Assembly: GCA_015056795.1 (NCBI GenBank)
Contig: SVFO01000016.1
Span: forward strand, 11,131-75,130
DNA from: Lachnospiraceae bacterium
Lineage (GTDB): Bacteria > Bacillota > Clostridia > Lachnospirales > Lachnospiraceae
Reading direction: 5' to 3'
Length of the DNA stretch: 64,000 nucleotides
Both the position numbers and the translations under genes were made by a program. The notes beneath the pieces are model-generated. The model did no database searches. It was not told the origin of the DNA and worked only from the letters and a program-made list of their open reading frames with translations. Shown piece by piece: positions 1-9,257 of the stretch; within the stretch, counting starts at the first letter, position 1; the number at the start of each line of letters is the position of its first letter.

Positions 1-1
1 C

Positions 2-1021
2 TCCACGGGATATAATTATTCCCGCGTGCAGAATCCCACCCGTCAGGAGCTGGAGCGCACCATGGCCATCTTAGAGAATGGCGCAGAGGGCTTTGCTTTT
101 ACCAGCGGACAGGCTGCCAACATGGCAGTGTTCAATCTTCTTGAGAATGGAGATCACGTGATCCTGTGCGATGACATTTATGGCGGTACCTTCCGTATCT
201 GTGACGAGATTTTCAGCAAATTCAATTGCGAATTTTCCTATGTCGACATGACGGAGCTCGACAACATTAAGAACGCGCTTCGCCCTGAGACGAAGATGAT
301 TTTCCTCGAGACGCCCACCAATCCCATGATGAAGGTGGCCGACATTCAGGAGATCGCAAAGATCGCGAAGGAAAACAATTGTATTTTTGTCGTGGATAAC
401 ACCTTCCTGACCCCTTATTTCCAGAGACCTCTGGATCTCGGAGCAGATATTGTCGTACACAGCGGCACAAAGTATCTGACTGGTCATAATGACGTTATCG
501 CGGGCATTGTCGTGGTTAAGGATCCCGCGAGAATTCCCTTCTTCCAGGGACAGATCAAGTCCATGGGCGCACAGCTTGGTCCCTTCGACTGTTGGCTGAT
601 ACTGCGCGGCTTAAAGACTCTTTCCCTTCGTATGCGTCAGCATGACGAGAATGCCAGAAAGGTTGCAAATTGGCTTCTGACCCAGCCCAAGGTGAAGAAG
701 GTTTATTATGCGGGCTTCGAAAATCACAAGGGCTATGAAATCAGCAAGAAGCAGTGCACGGGCTTCGGTGGCATGATCTCCTTCGAGCTTGACAGTGAGG
801 AGACGGCGCAAAATCTCCTCTCCAACGTTAACATGATTCTGTTTGCGGAGAGTCTTGGCGGCACGGAGACCCTGATTACTTACCCTTGGACGCAGACCCA
901 TGAGTCCATTCCTGATGACACGAAGATGGCACTGGGCATCACGAAGGCCTTTGTCAGAATCTCCATCGGCATTGAGAATGTGGATGACATCATTAATGAC
1001 CTCGCACAGGCGCTAAGATAG
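2..1021 (+). CDS. Cys/Met-metabolism PLP-dependent enzyme (cystathionine beta-lyase/gamma-synthase family), 5' end cut by window edge
   Basis: Frame is open back to base 2 (STGYNYSRVQNPT...). YSRxxNPT motif and PLP-lysine context SGTKYLTGHND are typical of the trans-sulfuration family. The listed GTG at 26 is internal. Confidence 0.85.
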   Translation, partial: STGYNYSRVQNPTRQELERTMAILENGAEGFAFTSGQAANMAVFNLLENGDHVILCDDIYGGTFRICDEIFSKFNCEFSYVDMTELDNIKNALRPETKMIFLETPTNPMMKVADIQEIAKIAKENNCIFVVDNTFLTPYFQRPLDLGADIVVHSGTKYLTGHNDVIAGIVVVKDPARIPFFQGQIKSMGAQLGPFDCWLILRGLKTLSLRMRQHDENARKVANWLLTQPKVKKVYYAGFENHKGYEISKKQCTGFGGMISFELDSEETAQNLLSNVNMILFAESLGGTETLITYPWTQTHESIPDDTKMALGITKAFVRISIGIENVDDIINDLAQALR

Positions 1022-1098
1022 ATGAGACATGGGGACGGGGTTAGTGGATCAAAAAATGACCCATCAAACCCGTCCCTGGAGCTCATGGAGGGCGGAAA

Positions 1099-1941
1099 AT
1101 GGGAATTAAGTTTACGAAGATGCAGGCATATGGCAACGATTATGTGTATGTCGATGCCATTCATCAAACGATAGAAAATCCAAATGAGCTTTCAAAGAAG
1201 ATGTCGAATCGGCACTTTGGCATTGGTGCGGATGGGCTGGTATTGATCTGTCCGTCTGAGAAATGCGACTTCCGCATGCGCATCTTTAATCCCGACGGCA
1301 CGGAGGCGGAGATGTGCGGCAATGCCGTGCGCTCCGTTGGAAAATTTGTATATTATCACGGCCTGACCGACAAGACAATGGTGAAGATCGAGACACTCGG
1401 CGGAGAAAAGACGATTCTTCTGACCGTAAAGGATGGGATGGTGACGGACATTGAGGCGGCCATTGGCGAGCCGATTTTCACGCCGACGCTGATTCCGGTG
1501 ACGACGGACAAGGACGAGTTCCTCACGCAGCCGATCACCGTGGGCGACAAGACGATGATTGCATCGTCCCTTTCCTGGGGCAATCCTCATACCATGATCC
1601 AGGTGGACGATTTATCTACGCTGAACATTGAAACCTATGGCCCGTTGGTGGAGAACAATATCGTTTTCCCGCGCAGGACGAACGTGACCTTCGTTCAGCT
1701 TGTGGACAGGCAACATTTAAAAATTCGCGAATGGGAGCGTGGCACGGGTGAGACGATCGGCTGTGGCACGGGGTGTTGTACGGCGGTTGTGTTCATGCAT
1801 CGGCTTGGTCTTGTGGATCGCATTGTCGACGTGGAGCAGATTGGCGGCGTCTTGCACGTCGAGTGGGATGACCAGAACATTGTCCACATGAAGGGACCCT
1901 CCTATGTGGTGTATGAGGGAGAATATCATCCAGAGGCTTGA
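1099..1941 (+). CDS. dapF: Diaminopimelate epimerase
   Basis: N-terminal FTKMQAYGNDYVYVD signature, two catalytic-Cys contexts (MCGNAVR, GCGTGCC), 280 aa. Confidence 0.9.
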   Translation: MGIKFTKMQAYGNDYVYVDAIHQTIENPNELSKKMSNRHFGIGADGLVLICPSEKCDFRMRIFNPDGTEAEMCGNAVRSVGKFVYYHGLTDKTMVKIETLGGEKTILLTVKDGMVTDIEAAIGEPIFTPTLIPVTTDKDEFLTQPITVGDKTMIASSLSWGNPHTMIQVDDLSTLNIETYGPLVENNIVFPRRTNVTFVQLVDRQHLKIREWERGTGETIGCGTGCCTAVVFMHRLGLVDRIVDVEQIGGVLHVEWDDQNIVHMKGPSYVVYEGEYHPEA

Positions 1942-1951
1942 TATACTGATC

Positions 1952-2040
1952 GCAGAAGGGACAGTTTGCCAAGGAAAAGGGACGCAAAGCAGAAGGGACA
2001 GTTTGTCAAGGTAAAAGGGATATAAAGCAGAAGGGGAGTC
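1952..2040. repeat. Imperfect 37/38-bp intergenic tandem repeat, about 2.3 copies
   Basis: GCAGAAGGGACAGTTTG(C/T)CAAGG..AAAAGGGA units begin at 1952, 1989 and 2027. Confidence 0.8.
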
Positions 2041-2107
2041 AGGCCATCTGACAGAGGGCGACTCTGTTACGGAGGAGGAAATCAGATTTTTAGGGATCGT
2101 TTAAGAG

Positions 2108-3019
2108 ATGAAAGTACGTGAATTACGATATTCCAACACGAATACATATCTGATCGAAGGAGATCATGGAAAGCTTCTCTTCGACACGGGATGGGCTGGC
2201 ATGTTCCCCATGCTATGCAGGGCACTTGGCGAGCAAAAAACTTCCGTGCAGGAGATCAGCGGTGTCATGATCTCCCATTTTCATCCAGATCATATGGGAA
2301 TTGCACAGGAAATTGCGGATCAGGGCGCAGTGCTCTTGATTCCAGATCTGCAAAAGCCCTTTCTCCATGCAGCGGATGCTATTTTTGCGAAGGAAAAGGG
2401 TACAAGGTTTGTTCCGATCAAGGAGGAGCAGGCCAGATTTTTCTCCATCAAAGAAAGCCGTGCAGTACTAAAGGAGCTTGGCTTAAACGGTCAAGTTTTT
2501 CATACGCCTGGACATAGTGACGACAGCATTTCCCTTTGGCTTGATGAGGGAGCATTGTTTGTGGGAGACCTAAATCCCTTGTACGAATTGGAACTACACA
2601 AGGGCACGCAGATCGGAGAAAGCTGGGAAAGGCTTTTGAAATTACAGCCGAAAACGGTCTATTATGGGCATGCAAAGACGGCGGTGCTAGAAGAAACTCC
2701 AGAGGGGATATCATGGAAGGGATCCAAGGACAGGTCGTCAAGCCAGGAAAGGCAGTCGCACAGTTTATGCCTGAAAAAGCATTCTTTAGGAGCGCAACAG
2801 GAAGAAACGGCTAGTACCACCTTGTCCGACAGCGAAAAATATGCGTTGGTTTCCCGAATGATGAAGCTAATCGACAAGGGCTATGACGTCAAGAGGATCC
2901 AAAAGAAGACGCATGCAGACGAGAAATTTATCGAAAATGTCATGAGAATGTACCTAACCCATCAAAACATAAGTGTGCAGGGCATCCTCGATCGCATCGA
3001 GCTTCGTGCAATGCATTGA
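2108..3019 (+). CDS. MBL-fold metallo-hydrolase with about 90-aa C-terminal helical extension
   Basis: HFHPDHMG (HxHxDH) zinc motif, downstream TPGHSDDS and YYGH motifs. Confidence 0.8.
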   Translation: MKVRELRYSNTNTYLIEGDHGKLLFDTGWAGMFPMLCRALGEQKTSVQEISGVMISHFHPDHMGIAQEIADQGAVLLIPDLQKPFLHAADAIFAKEKGTRFVPIKEEQARFFSIKESRAVLKELGLNGQVFHTPGHSDDSISLWLDEGALFVGDLNPLYELELHKGTQIGESWERLLKLQPKTVYYGHAKTAVLEETPEGISWKGSKDRSSSQERQSHSLCLKKHSLGAQQEETASTTLSDSEKYALVSRMMKLIDKGYDVKRIQKKTHADEKFIENVMRMYLTHQNISVQGILDRIELRAMH

Positions 3020-3097
3020 TACTTGTGTAATGCCAGAAAACTAGATGGTGGCAGAAAGGATGGTTCCTGCCACGTTACCATAAACCGGAGGCCACAG

Positions 3098-4816
3098 ATG
3101 GCAAGACGTCACAGGACATTTGTCTCAACAAAATACCGTTCTATGCTATGCAGTGGTACCGTCTTGATGGTGCTGACAGCCATTATGGGCGTGGCAGATA
3201 CCCTGATCGCAGGAATCCTTCTTGGGGAAAATGCCGTTGCCGGGATCTGTCTAGCATTGCCGGTATACTCCATGGCCAGCTTCTTTGCAGTGTTCTTCTC
3301 CTATGGGGTGCCAATTCTGTATGCCGGAAAGATGGGGGCATTTCAGAAGGAGGAGGCGGACAAGTGCTTCGGTGTTGGATTGACGGTTGCCTCGTTGCTT
3401 GGCATTTTGATGTTTTTGGCCATTCTCTGTGGGGGCGAGGCTTTTTTGAAGGCCTATCATCCAGACAGTCAGGTGTATGCACATGCGTTGGATTATCTCA
3501 AATGGATGAAGTTTGGAGTTCTGCTATTGCCACTCAATGAGCTGTTGGATGGCATGCTTTTTGCGGATGGTGATGAGGCCATCAGTCTTGCGGCCAATGT
3601 GACGCAGGGGATCATGAAGATTATTTTGTCCGTGGTTTTATGCCAGCGGATCGGAGTGAAGGGACTTGCCCTAGCTTCCTTTCTCAGCTTTGCAATCTCC
3701 ATCATCATTTCCTTCCTGCATTTTTTCCGCCCGGGCAATACGCTGAAATTAAACCTGGCATTTTCGCCGACGCTTCTGAGGACCATTATGAAATATGGGA
3801 TCGTAGACGCAAGCACGCATTTGTCCGTATCCCTGTTTACGGTTGCCATAAACTTCTTTGTGCTGAGAACCTTTGGCTCGGAAATGCTGATTCTTGTTTC
3901 CGTGATCACGTTGCTCAAGGAAGCACAAATACTGTTTGAAGGAATTGGAGAGGCAATCACGCCGCTCATCAGTACCTATTATGGAGAAGAATGTTATCCT
4001 GGCGTTAAGGAGGTTTGGAGGCTTGCAAAGCTGAGTGTCAGGGTAGAAAGCCTACTTTCCACGGTGCTGCTCCTTGTCTTGGCACCATGCATTGTCAGCC
4101 TGATCAGCATTGAGGATCCTGTTACGGCAGAATATGCTGTCTGGGGACTACGCATACTGTCCTTGACGCTGATCTTTTCCTGTAGATTGTTCCTGGATTC
4201 CTCCTACTTCATCCTTGTGGATAACATATCTCTTGGCGTTTTAGATTCCTTCCTGCGGGATCTGTTCCCCGCCCTCCCACTGGCTATTTTGGGAGGCCTG
4301 TTCGGCGGTGTTTATGGAATGTACCTTGGGCTCATGCTGGCTCCGGCGTTAGGATATCTGCTGTCGGTCCTACATATCAAGCACAAATATGGCCGCGAGA
4401 ACTATCCGCTGTTACTCAGTGACATGGAACGCGGGAAAAACATAAAGCTTTTTGAGTTTTGCGTCTTACCTAGTGTTGTCACTAGCATCAGAGATCAAAT
4501 AGGGGTGGCCCTGAAGGAAGGTGGTTGCTCAGAGCAACTGATCAACCGGTCCATGTTTATTTTTGAAGAATTGTTTATGATGATCTATGATTGTAATGCT
4601 GGGAAGAGCGTCTGTGCCGAGTGTGCGGTGGAAATTGGAGAAAACATTCGCTTGATCACTAAGGACGATGGACAGATTGTCGATCTCACGGAAACGGATC
4701 GCGACGTGACCTCACTGCGCTCGTATGCCTTATCAAACATGCTCGGGACGCATACGACTCGGCGCGTGCATTCTTTGGTGCTGAGCTATAATCATAATGC
4801 TTTGGAAATACGATGA
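3098..4816 (+). CDS. MATE/MOP-superfamily-like multi-pass membrane protein with an extra soluble C-terminal domain
   Basis: ATG at 3098 is preceded by GGAGG at 7-nt spacing; the ORF-track start at 3023 is TTG without an SD. About 12 hydrophobic helices with a MATE-like N-terminal pattern (VADTLIAGILLGENAVAGICLALP). The last roughly 130 aa are hydrophilic. Confidence 0.55.
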   Translation: MARRHRTFVSTKYRSMLCSGTVLMVLTAIMGVADTLIAGILLGENAVAGICLALPVYSMASFFAVFFSYGVPILYAGKMGAFQKEEADKCFGVGLTVASLLGILMFLAILCGGEAFLKAYHPDSQVYAHALDYLKWMKFGVLLLPLNELLDGMLFADGDEAISLAANVTQGIMKIILSVVLCQRIGVKGLALASFLSFAISIIISFLHFFRPGNTLKLNLAFSPTLLRTIMKYGIVDASTHLSVSLFTVAINFFVLRTFGSEMLILVSVITLLKEAQILFEGIGEAITPLISTYYGEECYPGVKEVWRLAKLSVRVESLLSTVLLLVLAPCIVSLISIEDPVTAEYAVWGLRILSLTLIFSCRLFLDSSYFILVDNISLGVLDSFLRDLFPALPLAILGGLFGGVYGMYLGLMLAPALGYLLSVLHIKHKYGRENYPLLLSDMERGKNIKLFEFCVLPSVVTSIRDQIGVALKEGGCSEQLINRSMFIFEELFMMIYDCNAGKSVCAECAVEIGENIRLITKDDGQIVDLTETDRDVTSLRSYALSNMLGTHTTRRVHSLVLSYNHNALEIR

Positions 4817-4867
4817 GTCAGGCATGGCTGCCTAGACGGTGAAACTATAGAAAAGAGGATTGGGAAG

Positions 4868-6430
4868 ATGAAACTGAGAGAATTGCTTAAGGATATGGAG
4901 TATGAGTGCCTGCAGGGGAGCCTGGAGCAGGAGATTTCAGCTCTGGTCTATGACTCCCGAAAGGTGGAGAAGGGCTGCGCATTTGTATGCCTAAAGGGGG
5001 CGAAGTTTGACGCACATACCTTTGTGGGACAGGCAGCTGCCAATGGCGCCGCGGCGCTGATCATCGAGGACGCGGCGGCGCTAGAGAGAATTCAGGAAGC
5101 TGCTAATCAGGAAGCAAGTGTAGCTGGTCAAGTTGGGCAAGATAGCACAAAGAATCTTCCGGCGGTCATTCTTGTCAAGAACTCCCGCGAGGCGCTTGCT
5201 TATGCGGCGCGCAACTGGTTTGGAAATCCTGCCTCGAAGCTCAAGGTCATTGGTCTTACTGGCACGAAGGGCAAGACGACGACAACCCACATGATCAAGA
5301 AAATTCTCGAGGAGGCTGGAAACAAGGTCGGCATGATTGGAACCTTGGGAGCCTTCATCGGTACGGAGAAATATAAGACCGCGAACACGACACCGGAATC
5401 CTACGAGCTGCAGCGCCTTTTCGCAAAGATGCTGGAGGAGGGCTGCACCTATGCCGTGATGGAGGTATCCTCACAGGCCTTAAAGCTCGGCAGAACCGCA
5501 GGCATTGATTTTGCCTATGGTGCATTCCTAAATATTTCCCCCGACCACATTAGCCCTGATGAGCATAAGGATTTCCAGGAATATCTCGATTGTAAGAAGC
5601 TATTGTTCCTTCAGACGGGTCCCGTGATTGTCAACGTGGATGATCCGAGATGGCAGGAGGCAACGGAGCTCGCCAAGGATCGCCTGGTCACCGTCTCTCA
5701 GAAGGGCGAAGCGGATTATATGGCGAAGAATGCACATAATATCTGGGAGGGGAGCTTTCTCGGCGTAACCTTTACACTGTCCGGAAAGCGCAGCGCACAG
5801 GTAAATCTTCCGATGCCTGGCACCTTCAATGTGGAAAATGCACTGATTGCCATCGCCATCACGGCAGAGCTTGGGATCTCGACGGAGGCAATTTTGAATG
5901 GTCTTGCAAAGGTTTATGTCAAGGGACGCACGCAGCTGATGACCTGCATGGCGGGACATGGCACGATGCTGATCGACTATGCGCATAACGCAGTCAGCGC
6001 CGAGAATCTGTTGTCCATGCTGAAGGCATATCAGCCGGATCGCCTGATCTGTCTTTTTGGCGGTGGCGGAAATCGCGCGAAGGCTAGGCGCTATGACATG
6101 GGCGAAGCCTCCGGAAAGTATGCTGATTTGACTGTACTCACCATGGACAACCCCAGGGATGAGGAGGTTGAGGAGATCAATAAGACCATTATCGAGGGTC
6201 TGAATGTCCACGGCGGAAAGTATATCACCATCATCGACCGTGAGGAGGCCATTCATTACCTAATCGACAACGCAAGGCCCGGTGACATCATCGCCCTGCT
6301 TGGCAAGGGGCATGAGGAGTATCAGGAGATCAAGGGTCAAAAGTATTACTTCTCCGAGGAGAAGATTATTGAAGAATACTGCCGCGAGAAATTTGGCAAT
6401 ACGAACTCAGAGAAATCATCTAAGGGGTGA
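4868..6430 (+). CDS. murE: UDP-N-acetylmuramoyl-L-alanyl-D-glutamate--2,6-diaminopimelate ligase
   Basis: GLTGTKGKTTT P-loop, Mur-ligase layout, DNPR motif (MDNPRDEE) associated with meso-DAP-adding MurE. Confidence 0.9.
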   Translation: MKLRELLKDMEYECLQGSLEQEISALVYDSRKVEKGCAFVCLKGAKFDAHTFVGQAAANGAAALIIEDAAALERIQEAANQEASVAGQVGQDSTKNLPAVILVKNSREALAYAARNWFGNPASKLKVIGLTGTKGKTTTTHMIKKILEEAGNKVGMIGTLGAFIGTEKYKTANTTPESYELQRLFAKMLEEGCTYAVMEVSSQALKLGRTAGIDFAYGAFLNISPDHISPDEHKDFQEYLDCKKLLFLQTGPVIVNVDDPRWQEATELAKDRLVTVSQKGEADYMAKNAHNIWEGSFLGVTFTLSGKRSAQVNLPMPGTFNVENALIAIAITAELGISTEAILNGLAKVYVKGRTQLMTCMAGHGTMLIDYAHNAVSAENLLSMLKAYQPDRLICLFGGGGNRAKARRYDMGEASGKYADLTVLTMDNPRDEEVEEINKTIIEGLNVHGGKYITIIDREEAIHYLIDNARPGDIIALLGKGHEEYQEIKGQKYYFSEEKIIEEYCREKFGNTNSEKSSKG

Positions 6431-6635
6431 CCCTTGTCTGTGTATCTGAAAAAGGGTAGGCAGGGCTTTTAGGGCAAATGCCCCAAGATTTGGAAAAACA
6501 TACGGAAAAATGGCGCAAAAAGGCGTAAACCTCTGCTTTTTTGTGCTATTTTTTTATTTTTATTTATGATAAAATGTTCGCATCCGTGAGCCCGGAAATG
6601 AAAAAAGGCCAGAAAGCTTCCGTGTAAAAATGATG

Positions 6636-6785
6636 GATCATCTAAGAAGCATGACGTCAGAATGCAGGGAAATGCTGGATGATCTAAAAAGCATGGCGTC
6701 AGAATGCAGGGAAATGCTGGGTGATCTAAGAAGCATGGCGTCAGAATGCAGGGAAATGCTGGATAGTCTAAGAAGCATGGCAGCA
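6636..6785. repeat. 42-bp tandem repeat, about 3.5 copies, upstream of the L,D-transpeptidase gene
   Basis: TCTAA(G/A)AAGCATG(A/G)CGTCAGAATGCAGGGAAATGCTGG.. recurs with exact 42-nt phase at 6641, 6683, 6725 and 6767. Confidence 0.9.
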
Positions 6786-6819
6786 GTATCGTAAGAAATA
6801 TAGAGGTCTAAGTTAGAAA

Positions 6820-8472
6820 ATGAAATCGAAAAAGAAAATTGTTTTGATCGTAGTGAGTAGTATCCTTTTACTCTTGCTTTTCGCCGTGGGCGGGGTCTAT
6901 TTTTATGGCGTTTCCAGATACCAGTCGCAGTTCCTTCGCGGAACGCGCATCAATGGCATTGATTGCAGTGACATGGCACCTAGCGACGTTTGTACGATAT
7001 TAGACAGTCAGATCAGTGATTATACGCTGGAGGTCAGCGGGCGAGATCCGAGAAACCCGGAGGAAAAGGCCTTGCTAGGAACCATCACGCCCAGCGATAT
7101 TTCCCTGTGCAGAAAGGACACGGCCCTGCTTGTGGGACAGATCTTCGCCGCACAGAATCCGTATCAATGGTTTAAAATGCTTTGGGAGGATGGTCAGGAT
7201 TTTTCGTTCGAGCAGGAGATTACCTTTGAACCTGAGCAGCTTGCAAGCGTTGTAGGTGGCTGGGAGGCCTGCGCGAACGGCGTGACGATCGACCCGAAGG
7301 ATGCGTATATCAGTGACTATTTGACGGAAAACAATGCCTATGAGGTCGTTCCGGACACGCGCGGCAGCCGGATGGATAGCGCAAAGGCAATGCCTGCCAT
7401 AGAAAAGGCATTATATTCCATGGAAAAACAGGTAGATATTGAGGACACGGGATGTTATAATAGTGCTAGGATTACGGCGGATAATGTAGAATTATGTCGC
7501 GTGGTGGAGCAGGTTAATTCTTGGCTGGGCGCCAGCATTCATTATAACTGGTATGGCACGGAGTTCACCGTGGGACAGGAGCAGCTAAGTAATTGGGTGA
7601 GCCTGCAGGATGGAACGCCGACGCTGGACGAGGAGGCCGTGCGTGAATTCGTCAAGGAGGCAAAGAAGCAGTATGATCCTTATGGACATCAGTATGTCTT
7701 TCGCACCTCTTTGGGCGTGGATTTAAAGCTCAAGTGTAAGTCAGGCTGGGTGACTGATCCTGAGAAGGAGAGCGAGGAGCTCATCGCCTTGATCAAGGAG
7801 GGCGCCGTGACGGACAAGCAGCCTGTCAGCCAGACGGAGAATTATGTCTTCTTTGACGGAACTATCGGAGATTCCTACGCGGAAGTGGATTTAAGCAATC
7901 AGCATATGTATTTCTATTATAAGGGTGAGCTTTTGCTGGAGACGGATGTTGTTTCTGGCGACATGTTGACGAGCCATGCGACCCCTGAGGGGATTTATGT
8001 CGTGACCTTTAAGCAGCGGGATCGCATTTTGCGGGGACCTGGCTATGAGAGCTTTGTGCATTTTTGGATGCCCTTCTATGGAGGATATGGCATGCATGAT
8101 GCCATGTGGAGGAAGGCATTCGGAGGCTCCATTTTTCTGGAAAATGGTTCTCACGGATGTGTTAATCTTCCCTTGAAAAAAGCCGAAACTATTTATGGAT
8201 GTGTTGAAGTGGGCTTTCCCGTTGTCTGTTATTATTATCCGCAGGGCAAGAATCCCGTGGAGAACGCGGCACTTGCGGCAGCAGGAGCAGCTGAGGCCGG
8301 TAATGCGGGAACGACGGGCGCAAACGGGGAGCTTACGGGAACAGGTGGAACGGGAGCAGAAACAGGCGGCGTGCAGACAGGTACGGGAACGAGCGGCGAG
8401 GACGGTGAACGCATGGAGCCCGGTGCGCAGGGTACTATAACGGAGGATAACGAAATCCGTGGGCAGTGGTAG
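6820..8472 (+). CDS. L,D-transpeptidase (YkuD domain) with N-terminal membrane anchor and Gly/Thr/Ala-rich tail
   Basis: N-terminal TM helix (IVLIVVSSILLLLLFAVGGVYFYG). YkuD catalytic context ...GSHGCVNLP... near the C-terminus. Low-complexity AGAAEAGNAGTTGANGELTGTGGTG tail. Confidence 0.8.
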   Translation: MKSKKKIVLIVVSSILLLLLFAVGGVYFYGVSRYQSQFLRGTRINGIDCSDMAPSDVCTILDSQISDYTLEVSGRDPRNPEEKALLGTITPSDISLCRKDTALLVGQIFAAQNPYQWFKMLWEDGQDFSFEQEITFEPEQLASVVGGWEACANGVTIDPKDAYISDYLTENNAYEVVPDTRGSRMDSAKAMPAIEKALYSMEKQVDIEDTGCYNSARITADNVELCRVVEQVNSWLGASIHYNWYGTEFTVGQEQLSNWVSLQDGTPTLDEEAVREFVKEAKKQYDPYGHQYVFRTSLGVDLKLKCKSGWVTDPEKESEELIALIKEGAVTDKQPVSQTENYVFFDGTIGDSYAEVDLSNQHMYFYYKGELLLETDVVSGDMLTSHATPEGIYVVTFKQRDRILRGPGYESFVHFWMPFYGGYGMHDAMWRKAFGGSIFLENGSHGCVNLPLKKAETIYGCVEVGFPVVCYYYPQGKNPVENAALAAAGAAEAGNAGTTGANGELTGTGGTGAETGGVQTGTGTSGEDGERMEPGAQGTITEDNEIRGQW

Positions 8473-8601
8473 AAACAGGAAATCCGCGTAAGATCACGAA
8501 GCTGTAAGGACGACGAGGACGGGATCGAAGGGATCAGCGCGTCATGAAGGATGTAAGGAAAGCATCCGATTAGAGTATAAAAGAAAAAGGGATGGCATAG
8601 G

Positions 8602-9240
8602 ATGAAACAAAGAAGGGACAGCCTTCGTACCAGAAGACAGGCAGAGCGGTGGATGCGTAAGTTTGAACGGCACCGCGAGCTGCATCGCCAGATTCAGGCG
8701 GCGGCTCCTGATATTTTGGGATCTAGGAATTTTAATTCAACAAAGGGATATATTCAGCACGGCGACATGACGGTGAACCAGCATTGTCTCAACGTGGCGA
8801 AGCTCAGCATCGCCATCAGTGATAAGCTACACATTCGCTGTCAGCGGGAGGAAATGATCCGAGGCGCGCTGCTTCATGATTATTTTCTGTATGACTGGCA
8901 TATTGGGGATGCGAAAAAGCCGCATAATCTTCATGGATTTTATCATCCCGGCATCGCGCTGAAAAACGCTTCTCAGGATTATGATCTTACGCCCAGGGAG
9001 CGCGACATTATTGAGAAGCACATGTGGCCGCTGACGCTGACAAAGATTCCGAGGTGCAGGGAGGCGTGGATCGTGACCACGGCTGATAAATGGTGCTCCC
9101 TGCTTGAGACCGTGCACGTCATTCATGGACATGGCAAGGTGGAAGGCGTTGAGCCGGACCGCGTGACGGAGGCGCACAGGACGCTGAAGCCGCGCCAGTC
9201 AAAAAAATATGTTGAAATTGACAATGTGACGAAGAAGTAA
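8602..9240 (+). CDS. HD-domain phosphohydrolase family protein
   Basis: H...HD metal motif (LLHDYFLYDWH) and later HMWP/ADK motifs, about 210 aa. Confidence 0.7.
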   Translation: MKQRRDSLRTRRQAERWMRKFERHRELHRQIQAAAPDILGSRNFNSTKGYIQHGDMTVNQHCLNVAKLSIAISDKLHIRCQREEMIRGALLHDYFLYDWHIGDAKKPHNLHGFYHPGIALKNASQDYDLTPRERDIIEKHMWPLTLTKIPRCREAWIVTTADKWCSLLETVHVIHGHGKVEGVEPDRVTEAHRTLKPRQSKKYVEIDNVTKK

Positions 9241-9257
9241 TCAGTAGGAGAAATGCA

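Noticed and set aside
3023-3097. TTG start at 3023 for the MATE-like gene
   Set aside because: It has no SD, and it adds a 25-aa Lys/Arg/Cys-rich extension. The ATG at 3098 has GGAGG at ideal spacing.
5600-6256. 218-aa minus-strand ORF within murE (similar cases: 16296-17060, 17788-18546, 49645-50454)
   Set aside because: All are antisense to well-supported family-assignable genes, lack SDs and have no recognisable motifs.
6636-6785. Possibility that the tandem arrays (also 1952-2040 and 50611-50679) are CRISPR arrays
   Set aside because: Units are directly adjacent with no unique spacers, and no cas genes are present. These are simple tandem repeats.
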